The notes: a model not told the origin generated them from the sequence alone. A stretch of DNA of 64,000 bases from Phoronis australis (GCA_002633005.1 NMRA01000117.1:1-64000); one strand, 5' to 3'. Numbered from the stretch's first letter, positions 12,882-26,385 are shown. Numbers and translations: made by a program.

Positions 12882-13509
12882 TATAGGCAGATTTAGGGGG
12901 GACCCACCTTGGCTGCCGAAAAAAAATAAAACAGCGAGTTTGCAAGAAATTCGCAGTCAAAGCACAAAAATGTTCCCAAAAAGCCCCCACATACCTCGCA
13001 GTTTGACGGTTCGAGGTCAAGGACGGTACGGAAATTGCCGATTTGTCACATAGTCACGATATAACTCTACACTTAGTCGTCCATCCGTAACTCAACGGTA
13101 ATGCCGTACCATACTTGACCTCGAACCGTCAAAGTGTGAGGTATGAGGGGCCTTTTTGGGAACATTTTTGTGCTTTGACTGCGAATTTCTTGCGAACTCG
13201 CTGGAGCAGGACACTGTCTGTGAATGGTATAAAAAAGAACAATTGCTCATGGTTTGAACCAGTTTTGTGTAAATTTATTTAAGTTATGTGTTTGATATGG
13301 ACGGCTGAATCGAAGCACCCGTGGAATTTCTAGTCTCGAGTGTCATACCTTGTAGTATTATATGTAGTGTACCATTGGGAACGATCAGAAGCTGAGGACG
13401 CTTGTGCTACAGCGTACAGCCTACAATCCGAGCTTTGCGCGATTGTTTACGAGATAAAATGTTGCCTTGTTGGGCCCCCTGGCTTTATGATATTCTAGAT
13501 CCGCCACTG
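12882..13509. mobile_element. MITE with CAGTGGCGGATCTAG-type termini containing a foldback insert
   Basis: Left end TATAGGCAGATTTAGGGGG; right end CTAGATCCGCCACTG. Confidence 0.55.
12932..13203. repeat. About 270-bp imperfect palindrome (foldback, about 100-bp arms)
   Basis: CAGCGAGTTTGCAAGAAATTCGCAGTCAAAGCACAAAAATGTTCCCAAAAAG... is mirrored by ...CTTTTTGGGAACATTTTTGTGCTTTGACTGCGAATTTCTTGCGAACTCGCTG. Confidence 0.9.
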
Positions 13510-15210
13510 CCAACCTTGGCATGGGTCTGCATTATTTCCGCGTTTTGTATTGTTATAGAAGAAGATGGAATTTTGCGGAAGATTCGAAATACTATGACTG
13601 AAAGAAACATACAATACAAACCATCAAGCGTGAACCACTCTGCTCACAACAAAGACCTTACACACTGTTAGTTAACTTCCGTTTTCCATGTGAGACATTA
13701 TCGTTTGTTGCACAGAAACTAACAGTTATGAAAACTCTGTTTTTGCTATATGATTGGAGTAGTAGTGTTTAAAACTAAAAAATTATGAACACTAAAATAT
13801 AATTTATGCAGTTTTGGAAACTTTAAAGTCTACAGTAGTATATTAAAATAAATAAGTTTCTTACTAAGATTTTTAGTTTTAATCAATCTAGGCCACTGCT
13901 CAGAAAGTTCCTGTAGTTAACAGGGTCAAGTTGGAAATAATGTACGTGTTCGTTGTTTTCTAATTATTCATTGCAGTTTCCATGACGTTCTTATCGTATG
14001 TAAGTTTCTAGGTGTATTGTTATTTGTTGAGGAATTGATATGTTTCTTTTTACAAATTTCGATGGTGTTTTGATGTGTTGTATGTAGGTTATGTGCTCAA
14101 TCGCTCTTGCACACTAATACCGTAGCACTGCACTTTCACAGTAGGACTACAACTTACAACCACTGAACAACCTACCGTCAGAACAGGACCAGAACAGTTG
14201 GCCCATAACAGCCTACTGTACTATAGACAGTGGCACGTCCTATCTTGTAAGTTGGACACCACAGAACAATTTATACATGTCTGGATTGTGATTCTAGGTT
14301 AAAAATTGAAGAAATTATGACTGTTTGACAGCTACATCCAGTTATTCGAGTATTGCTTTATGAAGTTATGTGTCATTTCCAATGTAGATGAACACCTTGG
14401 GAGACAGCAAAGAATCTTGCAGTCAATTGAGCAATCCTTCATGGTCAATAAAATTGAGGGAGCTGTATACCCACACTATAGACAGGTCTCTCGTGTGTGC
14501 TGCCACCTCTCGACATGGCTGGCAGATCCCTAACCTCCCCGTAAGCCTCCATACTTTTCCATTTGACCTCGAGCCCATTGACTCTAATGAAGTTCAGTCT
14601 TCAATTTGATAATGCCACAGCAGACTACGTGTATTTCTTCAAGCTGGGAAAATTTGAATAATTAAAGACCTTCTAAGTTGTCCCTCTTATGCTGAAACGT
14701 ACTTATAGCAACATGACTTTGATGGTTTAGTCATTATGAGCCGGAATTTGCTGAAAGGCTCATAGAGTATGGCAGGTTGATTACCATCTGTGTCACCTAC
14801 TCTGTTCCAGTTCAGACAGTGGTTCTACAGACATTACACTGAGGACTAGGGCAATAACAAGTGCTTATCAGGAACTAAATAGGAAGTGATGCTTGTTCCT
14901 GTACTGTTTGTGTCAGCACTTGTTTGATCAATGCTGCTATAACTCTGTCATCTCACCTTGTGTCATAGACTTGATTTAGACATATCATAGCTCAATACAG
15001 GGTGCATCTGATGAGCGTGATTTTGCATAAAATCAGTACAGGTAAACTGTCAAAGTGTTGACAACTAATTTGATCATATGTTGATGCTTATTCTTATAGA
15101 TCAACCGTGTGTGAGGACGATACAACGTCAATTAACAATAGAGATTTTCAAGACAAGACAATGTGTGACAATGCGTCATTCCATTTTGAAATAAACCAAA
15201 GTTAAACCTG

Positions 15211-15965
15211 CATTTCACTCTATTTAGTTGGTTAAAAAACGGAAATCGAATCATGCCTTCTGTGCTCATCAAATTGGTTTCACATGTGATATTCCTGACC
15301 AGTTCAAGTCACAGGTACAGCATCAGTATACCCGTGATCGATGATGTACCCCACGATCGGCACCTTTACAATTTTATTTGAATGAATGAGTATTTTGTGA
15401 TCTTACCTGTTAGACTGAGTTCCATTGAAGTGTCGGTCACAAACAGTTTAAACTGCGCAAGTTGAAACAGACGACTGGGAAGTTTCCAACTTGCAAATTC
15501 GGCGNAAATTTTTTACTGCCCAACCAAATAACATTAGTTTTGGAAAAAATTACTCTCAAACCAGACATATCTGCAAATCTACTCAAAACTTCCATAATAG
15601 CTTCCAAACTACGCCTTGAACCATCTAAGAAAAACGTTGTGTCATCAGCATACTGAGTAAGTATAAATTCCTCATTTCACTCTATTTAGTTGGTTAAAAA
15701 ACGGAAGTCGAATCATGCCTTCTGTGCTCATCAAATTGGTTTCACATGTGATATTCCTGACCAGTTCAAGTCACAGGTACAGCATCAGTATACCCGTGAT
15801 CGATGATGTACCCCACGATCGGCACCTTTACAATTTTATTTGAATGAATGAGTATTTTGTGATCTTACCTGTTAGACTGAGTTCCATTGAAGTGTCGGTC
15901 ACAAACAGTTTAAACTGCGCAAGTTGAAACAGACGACTGGGAAGTTTCCAACTTGCAAATTCGGC
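15211..15965. repeat. About 294-bp near-identical direct duplication (15211-15504 and 15673-15965) around a single N
   Basis: Both copies start CATTTCACTCTATTTAGTTGG and end ACTTGCAAATTCGGCG. N at 15505. Confidence 0.9.
15506..15673 (-). mobile_element. L1/Tx1 reverse-transcriptase fragment
   Basis: The minus strand translates EEFILTQYADDTTFFLDGSRRSLEAIMEVLSRFADMSGLRVIFSKTNVIWLG, containing the YADD catalytic motif and the SGL.IN..KT-like motif. Confidence 0.85.
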
Positions 15966-16799
15966 GATATGAATTGTACATTTAATAGCAATAGAAACTC
16001 CTAAATATAATTTAAATAAATTTACAACTTCCAAAGACGTGCTTTCACTAACGTTGAGTTGTGATGTGTTGATATTGAATACACTTTTTGTGAGCCTAGT
16101 GAGTTGTCTGCTATCACTTATAAAATTTTAGTCTCTTCTAGTGATTTTCTATTTATAGTTGACACCATTTAAAAGCCCAGGAAAATGGGCTTTTTTACAT
16201 TGAGTAAGCTTATCTAGATATACTAACTTTTAGTATTTGCCAAGATATTACTTATCTGTTCATTATTGTAAAAACGGCTTGATAGATTTTGATAAAATGA
16301 CACGAGGGGTTATGCTTGAGATGCACAGGCACCAGTTGATTATAGAAGATTGGACTAATGTAGCCCCTCCCCCCCTCCCGTTGGCCATTTTAGTTTTTGT
16401 AATTGTCAAAACATCTCAATTGATTTTGTTAAAACGTTTTGTTTAGTAAGCGTATCCATAACTTCAATTGCTCTTGGTCTCACTTAAACATTTTTATCCA
16501 GGTTAAACTAATGTCTATAGAGTACTAATTCTAACTAAGACAAAATGTAATTTGATTTCGTTGTTAGTTTTTCAATGTTTTCAAATTACTGCTGGTCAGG
16601 AGATGCCGTTAAATTGTTTTTTAATCAAGTTTTCCCCAGACTATTCCCCTGTAAATAAAAATAAACATCACTATGTATCTTCTCAAATATAGTTAAGAGA
16701 GGAGACAACCTATCTTTAAGTTAAGTAAAACAACCATTAGTTTGGGGCTTAATTAGTTTCTGTTTCATGTTCTTAACCTGTGGTTCATTAGCCCCTCCT

Positions 16800-19700
16800 C
16801 AGGCTGGGGCCACTGATGGTTTCCACCAATAACGTAAAGTTACAGGTGATTTAGTTAAATGGACACCAAACCCTGTTTGTTTGATGCCAAAGCTGATTCC
16901 ATCACTGTCTGTTATGAAATTAGTATTTCCTGGAATGATGGCGGCATTGTTTTGCCAAAACTCAGTTGTCAGTGTGTCTCAAAGTAGATTAAGTTATCCG
17001 TCAACTCACCTGAAGCTTGGGTTGTTTCAAACTTGAATTTAACTTTTCTGAGATTCTACTGTTATTTTGCACAAAAGCAATTGCCAAAATTGACATTTTT
17101 TCAAATTTTTTTAAGGCCAGTAAATTTTCTGCGAGTAATGGAAACTGAACCAAATGTTGTTCTATGACATCTACGAAGTACAAGCAATTTAATAATAATT
17201 TTCTTTTTTGTTGAGAAATTTGACAAAATGAAATTAAGCTTGTCTGCTATGCTGTTTGCTGTATTATTGTAGTATCCATTTTTAAAGCAGCACAGGTTGT
17301 CTGTCAGTGTAGTTATAGGACCAGATTGTATTATTACGGTAAAGTATTTGACTGTGTACATGCCAGTAGTTCTTAATATGTCAGTCTTTCCAAGAGATAT
17401 ACTTGTACATCTTGTTGGTATTTTAGAAGTTACTCAAAATGGCCTTTACGTTTAGAGTGGCTGGTGTTTTCCCTTCTAAAAGCTTATGCCGTAAATGTTC
17501 TTCAGTTTAGGACACATTATGGCGGATGGGGGAAATTTCATTCTGAATGAAAGAAACTTTTTGGTAAAATTCACGTTTTCTAGCATGGTATGTATGGCAA
17601 AGCTATTACCAAACAGCATTTGGTAAAATTTTCGAGCGTTTGCAAGAATGTGGTACAACTCTGAAAAATAGAAACATGGCAACTTGAGCAATTATTTTTG
17701 TCAAATTGAAGATTCTTTAGTGTTGTTTCAGGTTTTTAAAGCTAGTACCGGGGGTATTAACCTTCTGTCAAATGCCAAGGTCTCAACTTTTTCCTGCCTT
17801 AGTCTAGAAGTGCCTTCAATGGTTGGGACATTTGAGGGATATATTTCTTGTCAAGAGAATGTGTCTGACAGTGATTTTCATACAAATCCGACTGCTGCTG
17901 CCTGTGCTTGAAGTCGTATTTTTGTTTTTGTGCCTGTATCAATTCCTACCAAGTTCTTTAAGCAGCTATTAATCAACACCTTCAGTTGAAAATCATGTTT
18001 TATTCCACAGTCTGTTACTTCTTGTTCTTTATCCAGATTAGAATTGTGATCTCTATAGGATTGAGAAGAATTGACAAATCCTTATTCTTCAAACCAGGTA
18101 CTAAATGTGACTGGAATTCCAGGCAATTTATTGTCACCAATTGTAATCACAAGTACATCTGTGAAGAAGGTAGATGTTTTTAACACCTGGGCATGGTTTG
18201 TGGCTTTTTAAAAATGATCGTCCTGTAGTTTGGTTGGGGCTTTCCTATTAACGTTAACTTTTGGACGGATCCTTTTTGCCATGCCACTGTAAATACCAGG
18301 TGATTGGGTGAAACTTCATGAAATTTAACAAATGTTATTCTACCACTACCCCTTGTCTTTTGTAGTTTAAGTATTTTGGTTCTGATTTTGGCATCCGCCT
18401 TTCTGTCTACTATTTGAAGAATAGTGAAATTTGGGAAATGTGTTTCCAGTGACATGAACTTTTGGACAGTTGTTTTCATTGTTGGGCAGTTGCGACTACT
18501 TCTATTGTTTTGTGTTTGCCTATATTTTTACCTAGTTACATAAAGGATGTACAACCTGCAATGTGGCTGTGGCAGACAAGATTTTATCTGAAATACTACA
18601 CCATTGTTTCACCTATTTTGGACTGTTCTAACTGTCTGTATGCCTTCTAATTCCAATTTGTTTTAGTATTAACTATTCACTTTTGGTATCTTCCTCTCTG
18701 TCTGCCGAACGTCATGACAAATCAAGATGAGCATGACTGGCATTGACTATTGGACATTTCCGACTACTGCAGTGGCCCCTAGTGATAATTTTAGTTTTCT
18801 CTTGTGGCAATCTTATTGTCAATCAGGATTCTTTTTTTTGTTAATTTTTGATGACTAACAAAGCACCAACTCAATTTTACCTTCACTATTGTTGCTCACA
18901 CTAGTACGTGTGCACGTTTAAAAATGACATCCCTTATATCATTGCTATTTGCATTGGTCATGGTGGATGTATATCAATGATTTATGTTGCTCTTGTCTAT
19001 CATGGTAAGGTTAAGTTTAAGACATATTTTTGAATAATCGTGCTTATAACTTGTGCGAGGAAAAAGTATAGCTACTGTTATCATTAAGACGTCTGTCTCA
19101 ACTTACCTACTTCCTTACCGTAGTTTTTATTGGTTCACAGATGACCTCATGTCTGGCATCCCGTGATTTACCGTACTCAGTGTTCTCTTGACCCTTTCAG
19201 TTACTCAGCAAAGAGATTATCAATTCTGTCAGTGTAAGATGTGCATAGGAACTTGGCTAATTAATGGTATGTTTTTGTTTTTCAAATCAGTCAACTTTTA
19301 AAACTGTATGAAGTGGTCGAAACACCGACCAGTTCTGTGATCTCAGATTCACAGTATGAGGTTGTCATTGACAAAAACATCCTGTTTTCATGGAAACCAA
19401 TTTTCTATTTTCATATAATTTGCATTTTTGCTGTTCTTGACTTTTATTGTGTTTGCTCAATACCTTCATCGCTGTCTAACCTTGTGGATGAATTTAAGCA
19501 AAATATAGCGATTATCGTCTTATCAAATGTTGGAGTAGACGTGAGTAGTGGTACACCCTTTTGCTGAAATATTAGGTACAGTAATCACTGTTGAAATATT
19601 AGGTACAGTAATCACTATTTTTTGCTTTGTGGAAATAAGTCAAAATTGTTTTATTGAGTTTGATGAAATGTCTTACTTCTAATGATGGTGAAAAATTAGA

Positions 19701-19810
19701 AACTGTGACAAAGTTTGGTTTGATTGCAGTTACTCCGGCTTTTCCCCACTGGGTGTTTGTTCCTTCCCTACCAGGTAGACGCAATACACGCACAAAAACG
19801 CGCAATCAAA
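16800..19810 (-). mobile_element. Decayed retroviral-type integrase-bearing element (Gypsy-like or Ginger-like relic)
   Basis: Broken minus-strand frames TLTDNLCCFK...NTANSIADKLNFILSNF and QNNSRISEKLNSSLKQ resemble the integrase core (PQ.NG..ER.N.TLK). Purine tract GAGGAGGGG overlaps the final stop. A weakly gag-like frame lies near 19600-19800. No LTR pair found. Confidence 0.4.
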
Positions 19811-21085
19811 CAAGTCTTCCCGAGATATCAGTCATCATACAGTACAAACGAACCATAAAATCGCATCAATTTTACTCATGAGATTCTTGCATGTACGGTC
19901 ATTTGCCAAACTATTATATGAATCTTAAAAATATGGAATGTGTCAAAAAACCTAGTCACTAGGTTTCGCACTACTCTTGCTGTCCATAAGGGTAGTTTTA
20001 TCTCGGTTCTCGCTGTGGTATCCATATTCTGGAGACTGAATTTTTACTTATAAGTGGTTTTAAAATGAGTAACCTTGTTACTTCTTCACTGGAGCTCTTC
20101 CACAACTTGTGGAGTTGAGCTCTGCACTTGCATAGTGCTTCTGCATTCTGCAGTTTCTCAGGTACTTCTGTAGCTGTGTTGGGATTTTTGCCTGGTTGGC
20201 CCATTACCAATGGATTTTGACGTATCTTTTTTTCTCCCTTTAGTGTTTGTTGTTCGTGAGGCACCCATGTGGGCACCACGTATAAACGTTTTTCATGATT
20301 TGCTTTTGTTTCTAGGTGAAAACCCAAGGTTCCCTCCACTCAGATCTTGTTAGCGGACAAACACTTTAGTGCAGGCTGGAAAATACATGTGCGGTTATCT
20401 ATCAATGTTGGACTATCTGGAGGTAAGGTCATGTTGTATTTTACATGTTGTCAAGTTGGTTGGAGGCTGGAATTTTGATTCAAATATATATTGAATAAAT
20501 CATTAAGTCCACAACGCTGCTTGCCCATGGTAGTGTATCTTGCCCTAGAGTGTATCGCCCACAGAAAGCCGAGTATTCAAATTTCACAGCTGACACACCT
20601 TGTGACGTAACAGAAATGATTGCTCAACACATGTTTAGGTTTCGTACAAAATGATAGGAGTTCAGGCTGTTGACTTTTTTATCAAAATGGTGGTGTTCAA
20701 GGTGTTGGTTATTTGCTTTTTACGCCCCTCCGCATACATTTGTGTGGTAACATATCACCAACATCCCTGCTACTGTAACTTCAAAACCTCTGAAATTATA
20801 TTTATGAAATTTACCAGATTTGATTCAAGGAAGCTGACGGTACTGATGCGACTAATGCTGTTCCCCCTAGTGGTAATTTTATCTTCTAAGTTAACTTTAC
20901 AAATATTCATAAACTTTCATAAACAGGTTTCTATTATGAATATGAAGACATCTTCCCATTTTCAAATGGATTCTATGTAATCTGTCATGATCCGTAGTGG
21001 CCATTTTTGTTATTTTATATCCTATATTTTGGCGTCTGCCTCTCTATTTGCTGAATTACTTGAATGATTGTTATGTAAAATATTG

Positions 21086-21955
21086 TTATACCACAATATT
21101 AGCGCCAAATGGCAGATACAACCGTGTAATAACCCATAAAGTAATCTCACTAGTGAGATAACGATTTGGCGGGAAACCGAGGACGGAGTCGAACCCGGGA
21201 CCTTGAGTTTGCTGGTCGCCGACCTTAACCACTACACCACGTAGCGGCTGATGTCATCAAAAGTGAAAATAGAATACTTAAATGAGCACGCGCAATAATC
21301 GCACGTTCAACAAAGCGCATTGTACTGTACGTATACGCTACGAAAAATAAGACACATAATTTCCATAAAAATGACATCTTAATTCAATGAAATATTTCTC
21401 TCATGTCCTCTTACTTGTAAATCACCGATCTCCAGTTTGAATGCGGGTATCGTGTCGTCAGGATCTTTGGCTTGAGAATTATATTCAGTTACCAGTGGTA
21501 ACCTACTTTAGCAGACGATAATTTCCCGGTCAAAGCTTAGCGTGAAAAAACGTGTTTTAAGCTATAATAGTTGGTAAACCTTAATTTATAAATTCAGTTT
21601 ATTTCTATTATATTTAAGTTTTCAATTGGTTTTGAGTAAAAGCATTATTTGACAAAAATAGCCCGGCTTTTCTTAAAAGGTCACGACCTCCGACCCCGGG
21701 CCTCTGACCTAGAAAGTAGTTACAAAGCCGTGGAGAGTCAGAAAAGGTAAATCGATTCATTGCAATGTTTCTCGTTTAGTATGTGGTATAAATAGATTAT
21801 TACATGTTCTCAGCCGTTATCCCCCTTATCTAGAGCCCTCGTGGATTTTGGAGAGTTATCACCCTCGGGGCTAACGCCCCTCGGGCGATAATTCTCAAAA
21901 ATCCACTCGGGCTCTAGATAACGAGGGATAACGACTTCGCCATGTAATAATCTAT
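21086..21955. mobile_element. Crypton-like non-autonomous element with a tRNA-like Pol III module and terminal hairpin
   Basis: Inverted repeat TTATACCACA (21086-21095) / TGTGGTATAA (21782-21791). About 165-bp palindrome at 21792-21955. Minus-strand A box TGGTGTAGTGG (21229-21239) and B box GGTTCGACTCC (21185-21195). Confidence 0.5.
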
Positions 21956-23476
21956 ATTTATGTAGTTGATATGTAATTACCAATTGTTATTGTTTTTTTG
22001 CATTGTATTTTACTCCTATTTTAGCCATTAGGTGTCACTTTAAGATCAAAGTGTTCCTCCAGATGTTTAGATGCAACATTTGAGGTTACACTGCCAGAAA
22101 CAGAACAGTTACAGTGAAAACTATCTACAAAGTTTTGGTACCATAGAGAGTTTCGTGAGGTTTTCTTAGCAGTATTTGACACCAGTATACTGTGAATAAC
22201 ATTACTAAATATAGGGGTCCCTCTTCAAAATGGCTGCCGAGAACCAGTTTTCACTGAATAACGGCAACCAATATAATGTTTAGTGCTCACTGCTGAGCCA
22301 GTTTTTGAAACCTACGTAACTTAGGTGTGGTGCTGTTTTGATAATGGTAGATTAGCATGATGAAAAGTGAAAAATACCAGGCTTGCCTTGTTGCGCAAGT
22401 GCTGAACTCCAACAGGCAACATTTTTAAATCCCATGGACTATTCCAAACTTGGTGCAAGTGAACCAAACTCGTTAATGTGGTGAGTCCAAACAGGCCATG
22501 AAAAAAAACGCTGAGGTGGTACAAGTTGTAGCACGCATTATTGGTGCCTTAACCCAAATTGCAACATCTCTTTGCTAATCTGGTGATAACTGTTTCTGGG
22601 GTATCTTGTTGTTAGTGTAGGGCATAAAATTGAGCAACCTCTTGTAAGTTCCATGTGATCGTGTGAAAGCAGAACTAAATTACTATCTGTTCAATGGTTT
22701 CTCACCTCCTGATGTAAACGATCTGTGTCAATCATTTAATAGCATTTATCTTATCTATTGTCATTTACCTAAGGGATAATTTTGTATTAACCCCATGGAG
22801 TTGTGTTGTAATTGCTCCTTTGTTTTCTGAAATCCACACACCCCTCTACCAACTCACCCCCCTCTGTCTTAATTGTGTTTCCATGGAAATGCCATGACAT
22901 CATTGAGGCATTTTGACCACAACTTGTACATATGCTACTAGTCTGGTGTTTGTATTAGTTGTGTGTGGTGCAAGTCTGTGGACGGCTGTACAGAAGTAGG
23001 TTCACCCTATTCTAGCTTTGTATGAGTTTTGGAATTAACATAATGATTGGTTTCCTTATCCGCTGGATTCTGCGTATGGCGAAATATGCTTGAAAGACAT
23101 GTCAAAATATGGAAAGAATTGCTGCTCGAGTGACAAATGAGATAGTTGTCCGAGTCAAAATAGAGCAACATATCGCAGTTTTGCTGCGCAAAATAACAAC
23201 TTGCTAAATCCACTGTTTGACAATTATTAGAAGTTTGTAACAGTTCCACTTCAAATATGTATCACCTCTCTTAGAGCTTGGGAAAACCTTCACTGTATTC
23301 TTTAGCATCTTTGGATCTAAATGGCAAATGTCAGTGACTTCATGCTTCAACTATATGTATCCATCCTGGTATGAACCTGTTTAATCAACGATTATTGGAA
23401 TTTACGCAATTTTCTTTTGAGTGCTACGTATTACTGGTGTTGGTGGGCTCAAGAATCCAGCAAAGAACTAAGCCAA

Positions 23477-23732
23477 ATATTATGACTGTGATACTCAATT
23501 CTTGTGATTTTCTATGCATGCCAACCATATTATGACTGTGATACTCAATTCTTGTGATTTTCTATGCATGTCAACCATATTATGACTGTGATACTCAATT
23601 CTTGTGATTTTCTATGCATGTCAACCATATTATGACTGTGATACTCAATTCTTGTGATTTTCTATGCATGCCAACCATATTATGACTGTGATACTCAATT
23701 CTTGTGATTTTCTATGCATGCCAACCATATTA
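23477..23732. repeat. Minisatellite, 50-bp unit x5
   Basis: ATATTATGACTGTGATACTCAATTCTTGTGATTTTCTATGCATG(C/T)CAACC in tandem. Confidence 0.95.
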
Positions 23733-24473
23733 GGCTTAATGCATTTTTAATGTACTAGCAGCGTAATGCTTTGGAAATTTTAGGACTAAAAGATTAAATG
23801 CCTGTTCTCTAAAGATTTGCAAAATCATTGTAGCTGTTACTTATTTAGAGCTAAATCAACTATTTATTACTAGCTGGCTTGACAATGAAGACAGGATGGA
23901 ATGATGAATGTATATATTATTAACCAAGTTGATCTTACTAAATGAAGATTAATTGGACTTGAGGGATATGATCTCCCGCGTCATTGACTCTGTTGTAGAC
24001 TAAAGTTCTCATCGATTAATATTTAATGTGCTGTGGGAAAGGGACATCATTTGTTCTCTTTTGTTCTGTATGCACTTAATTGTTGAGAAGATTCCACTTC
24101 ATTTGTAGCATGCTTTCTATGATACAGTTGTCACCAAACAACTGTTGGTAAATTTTATGCTGTTGCAGCAATCCATTAAATCTTCGAAAATTGAAAAATG
24201 GTAATTTAGCTATTATGTTTTACTCAAATGGAAGAGTTAGTTTTGTAAGGTCAAAGGCATACGCCTGGACTTTTCCATACTTGATAAGTTCATACAACTT
24301 ATAGTGGTTTCAAAAGCATATTCCATCAATGCCCCTCCCCACTTTTAGAGTCATCTCGACAATCTTCTGACATCAGACACAGACTCTGGTGAAGACTGTT
24401 ACCCATACAAGCTGCGAACACCGTGCCATTCTTGTGACAATTCAGGAAAAGGGAACCAGCTTTTAATAACTGT

Positions 24474-24478
<5 letters not shown>

Positions 24479-24529
<51 letters not shown>
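24479..24529. repeat. (CA)n microsatellite
   Basis: Perfect CA run. Confidence 0.98.
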
Positions 24530-24532
<3 letters not shown>

Positions 24533-26080
24533 TGTTTACCATCACGATAATCCTTGTGCATCTCACATTGACTAATTAAAGTTGTTATGGTTCATGACGT
24601 CAAGTGGCTCAGATCTACGGTTGTCTATTAATAGAACTTGTTGCTTGTGTGCTGTCTCCTTGGTCTTAGGAGGTTTGTCTATCATGTATGTGACTCCTCA
24701 AATCCTAATTTAAGGATGTTAATGTTAACCTCAGTCCTAACAATGTAAAGTTTATATAAAGTTGCAACTTTTGATATTGGCCACTTATGAAATTGGTCTC
24801 AAATTGTTCCTCACTCAAATTTGGGGTGATTTCTAAGCTTGGAATGAACAGTGGGTTTGCTGTTTCTGGTAGAAAGGGTGCTACTCAAATTTAAAGCTAT
24901 TTAAGGTGACAAAAAATTCACAATGTGTGTTCTAGAAACCTTTTCCTTTTTCAAAAACACTTTTGCGGCCACATAGCAATTGTAAGTTGCGCAAGTTACC
25001 CTAGAACAATTTACCCCACCTCGATAAGGTGGAATAAATTGTCACAAGCGTAGTAAGCTAGACTCTACACATTCTCCTAACATAGGACAATTATTTCAGC
25101 TGTAACTTGTTCTAGGGTAAGTCAGTGTGTGGACAGCACTTTTGAGTGAGTTGTATGGAACACCAAAGTTTCTTTTTGTAAACTATTCTGCTTGGTCACG
25201 ACTCTATCTGCCCCCCCCGCTACGTTGTTTAGAGGTACCCTCCCAGTTCTTAAAAATGGAATGACTGCTATTCTATAGAAAATAATTAGTGGAGCAATGA
25301 CCTTAGTGCATGACTTACAACTAATTGACTACTGCTGATGAATCTGGCCATGCCTAAATGGCATTGTGCAATATACAGACATGTTTTGATAGAACCTAAA
25401 CATTGAACATTTGTGTAAGTCTGGTTTCCTTGTGGTTCACCTAACTTTACCTCAGTACCTGGGCTCAATGACATTCAATTATTAGTGTTATGCAAAAACT
25501 TTTGGCAGGTAAGTGCAACAAGCCTCTTGATCTAAAGATTCAATATTTACCTTCAAATGTCTGGACTGGTGCCAGCGTAAAATTGGTGGAGACAGGCTGA
25601 TGGGGTCATAGAGTTTACCAACATCTGCAGTTGGTGAATTCAACTACTTAATGTGTTTGTGTGTTTGTGTTGTTCATGGGAACTAGGTTCCAGGCATTCC
25701 TGGAGTAGACATCCTGTTTCAAATGTAGGCACCCTAGCTAGGACACCTTCAGCACTTGGATGCCGGCCCAGTTCAGCATTTTGGCATCCTAGTAAGCAAG
25801 TAAGCATCAATGTCTCTTATACTTGCTAATAGCAACTGTTCAAAATGAAAGAGTTAACGTATCAAATGTTAGATACAGTAATCTTCATTGCAAGCCATAT
25901 CACCTAGTAACATGGATTTAGAAAGATGGACTAACATTCTTTCTCAGACTACAAGAATTTTAGATGTAATGTGTAAAGTGATTTAGGCCATCTTACTCTG
26001 AATGGTATTTATAACGGCATTTACATGAAAGACAGCTATCACAGAGCAACTAATATGGAACAGCTGATTGCAAGGTACCT

Positions 26081-26385
26081 AAACTACACGGTCAACGGAC
26101 TCATAAACACGGGCACCGACGCATGAACACACGGACCTGCAAACACTGTCCACTGACTCACAAACACGGGAACGGACTCACAAAACACGATCCACGCACC
26201 TAAATACACGTGACACGGACTCATTCACGAGGAAACACGGTTAACGGACTGCTAAACACGGTCACTGACTCATCAGCTTCCTGGGTCAGCTAACATCTTC
26301 ATTTGTCCGTAAACCGTGTTTGGCAGTACGTTAACTGTGTTTCCTCATGTCCCGTGTATTTGTGTGCGTGGATCATCGTGTTTTA
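26081..26385. repeat. Foldback-type array of about 20-bp AAACACGG...GACTC subrepeats with an inverted arm
   Basis: Repeated AAACAC(G)G motifs. 26183-26260 is the inverse of 26313-26384. Confidence 0.7.

Noticed and set aside
23477-23732. Regular repeat arrays (50, 17 and 27 bp) as CRISPR-like loci
   Set aside because: Units are head-to-tail with no unique spacers, no cas genes are present, and the context is eukaryotic.
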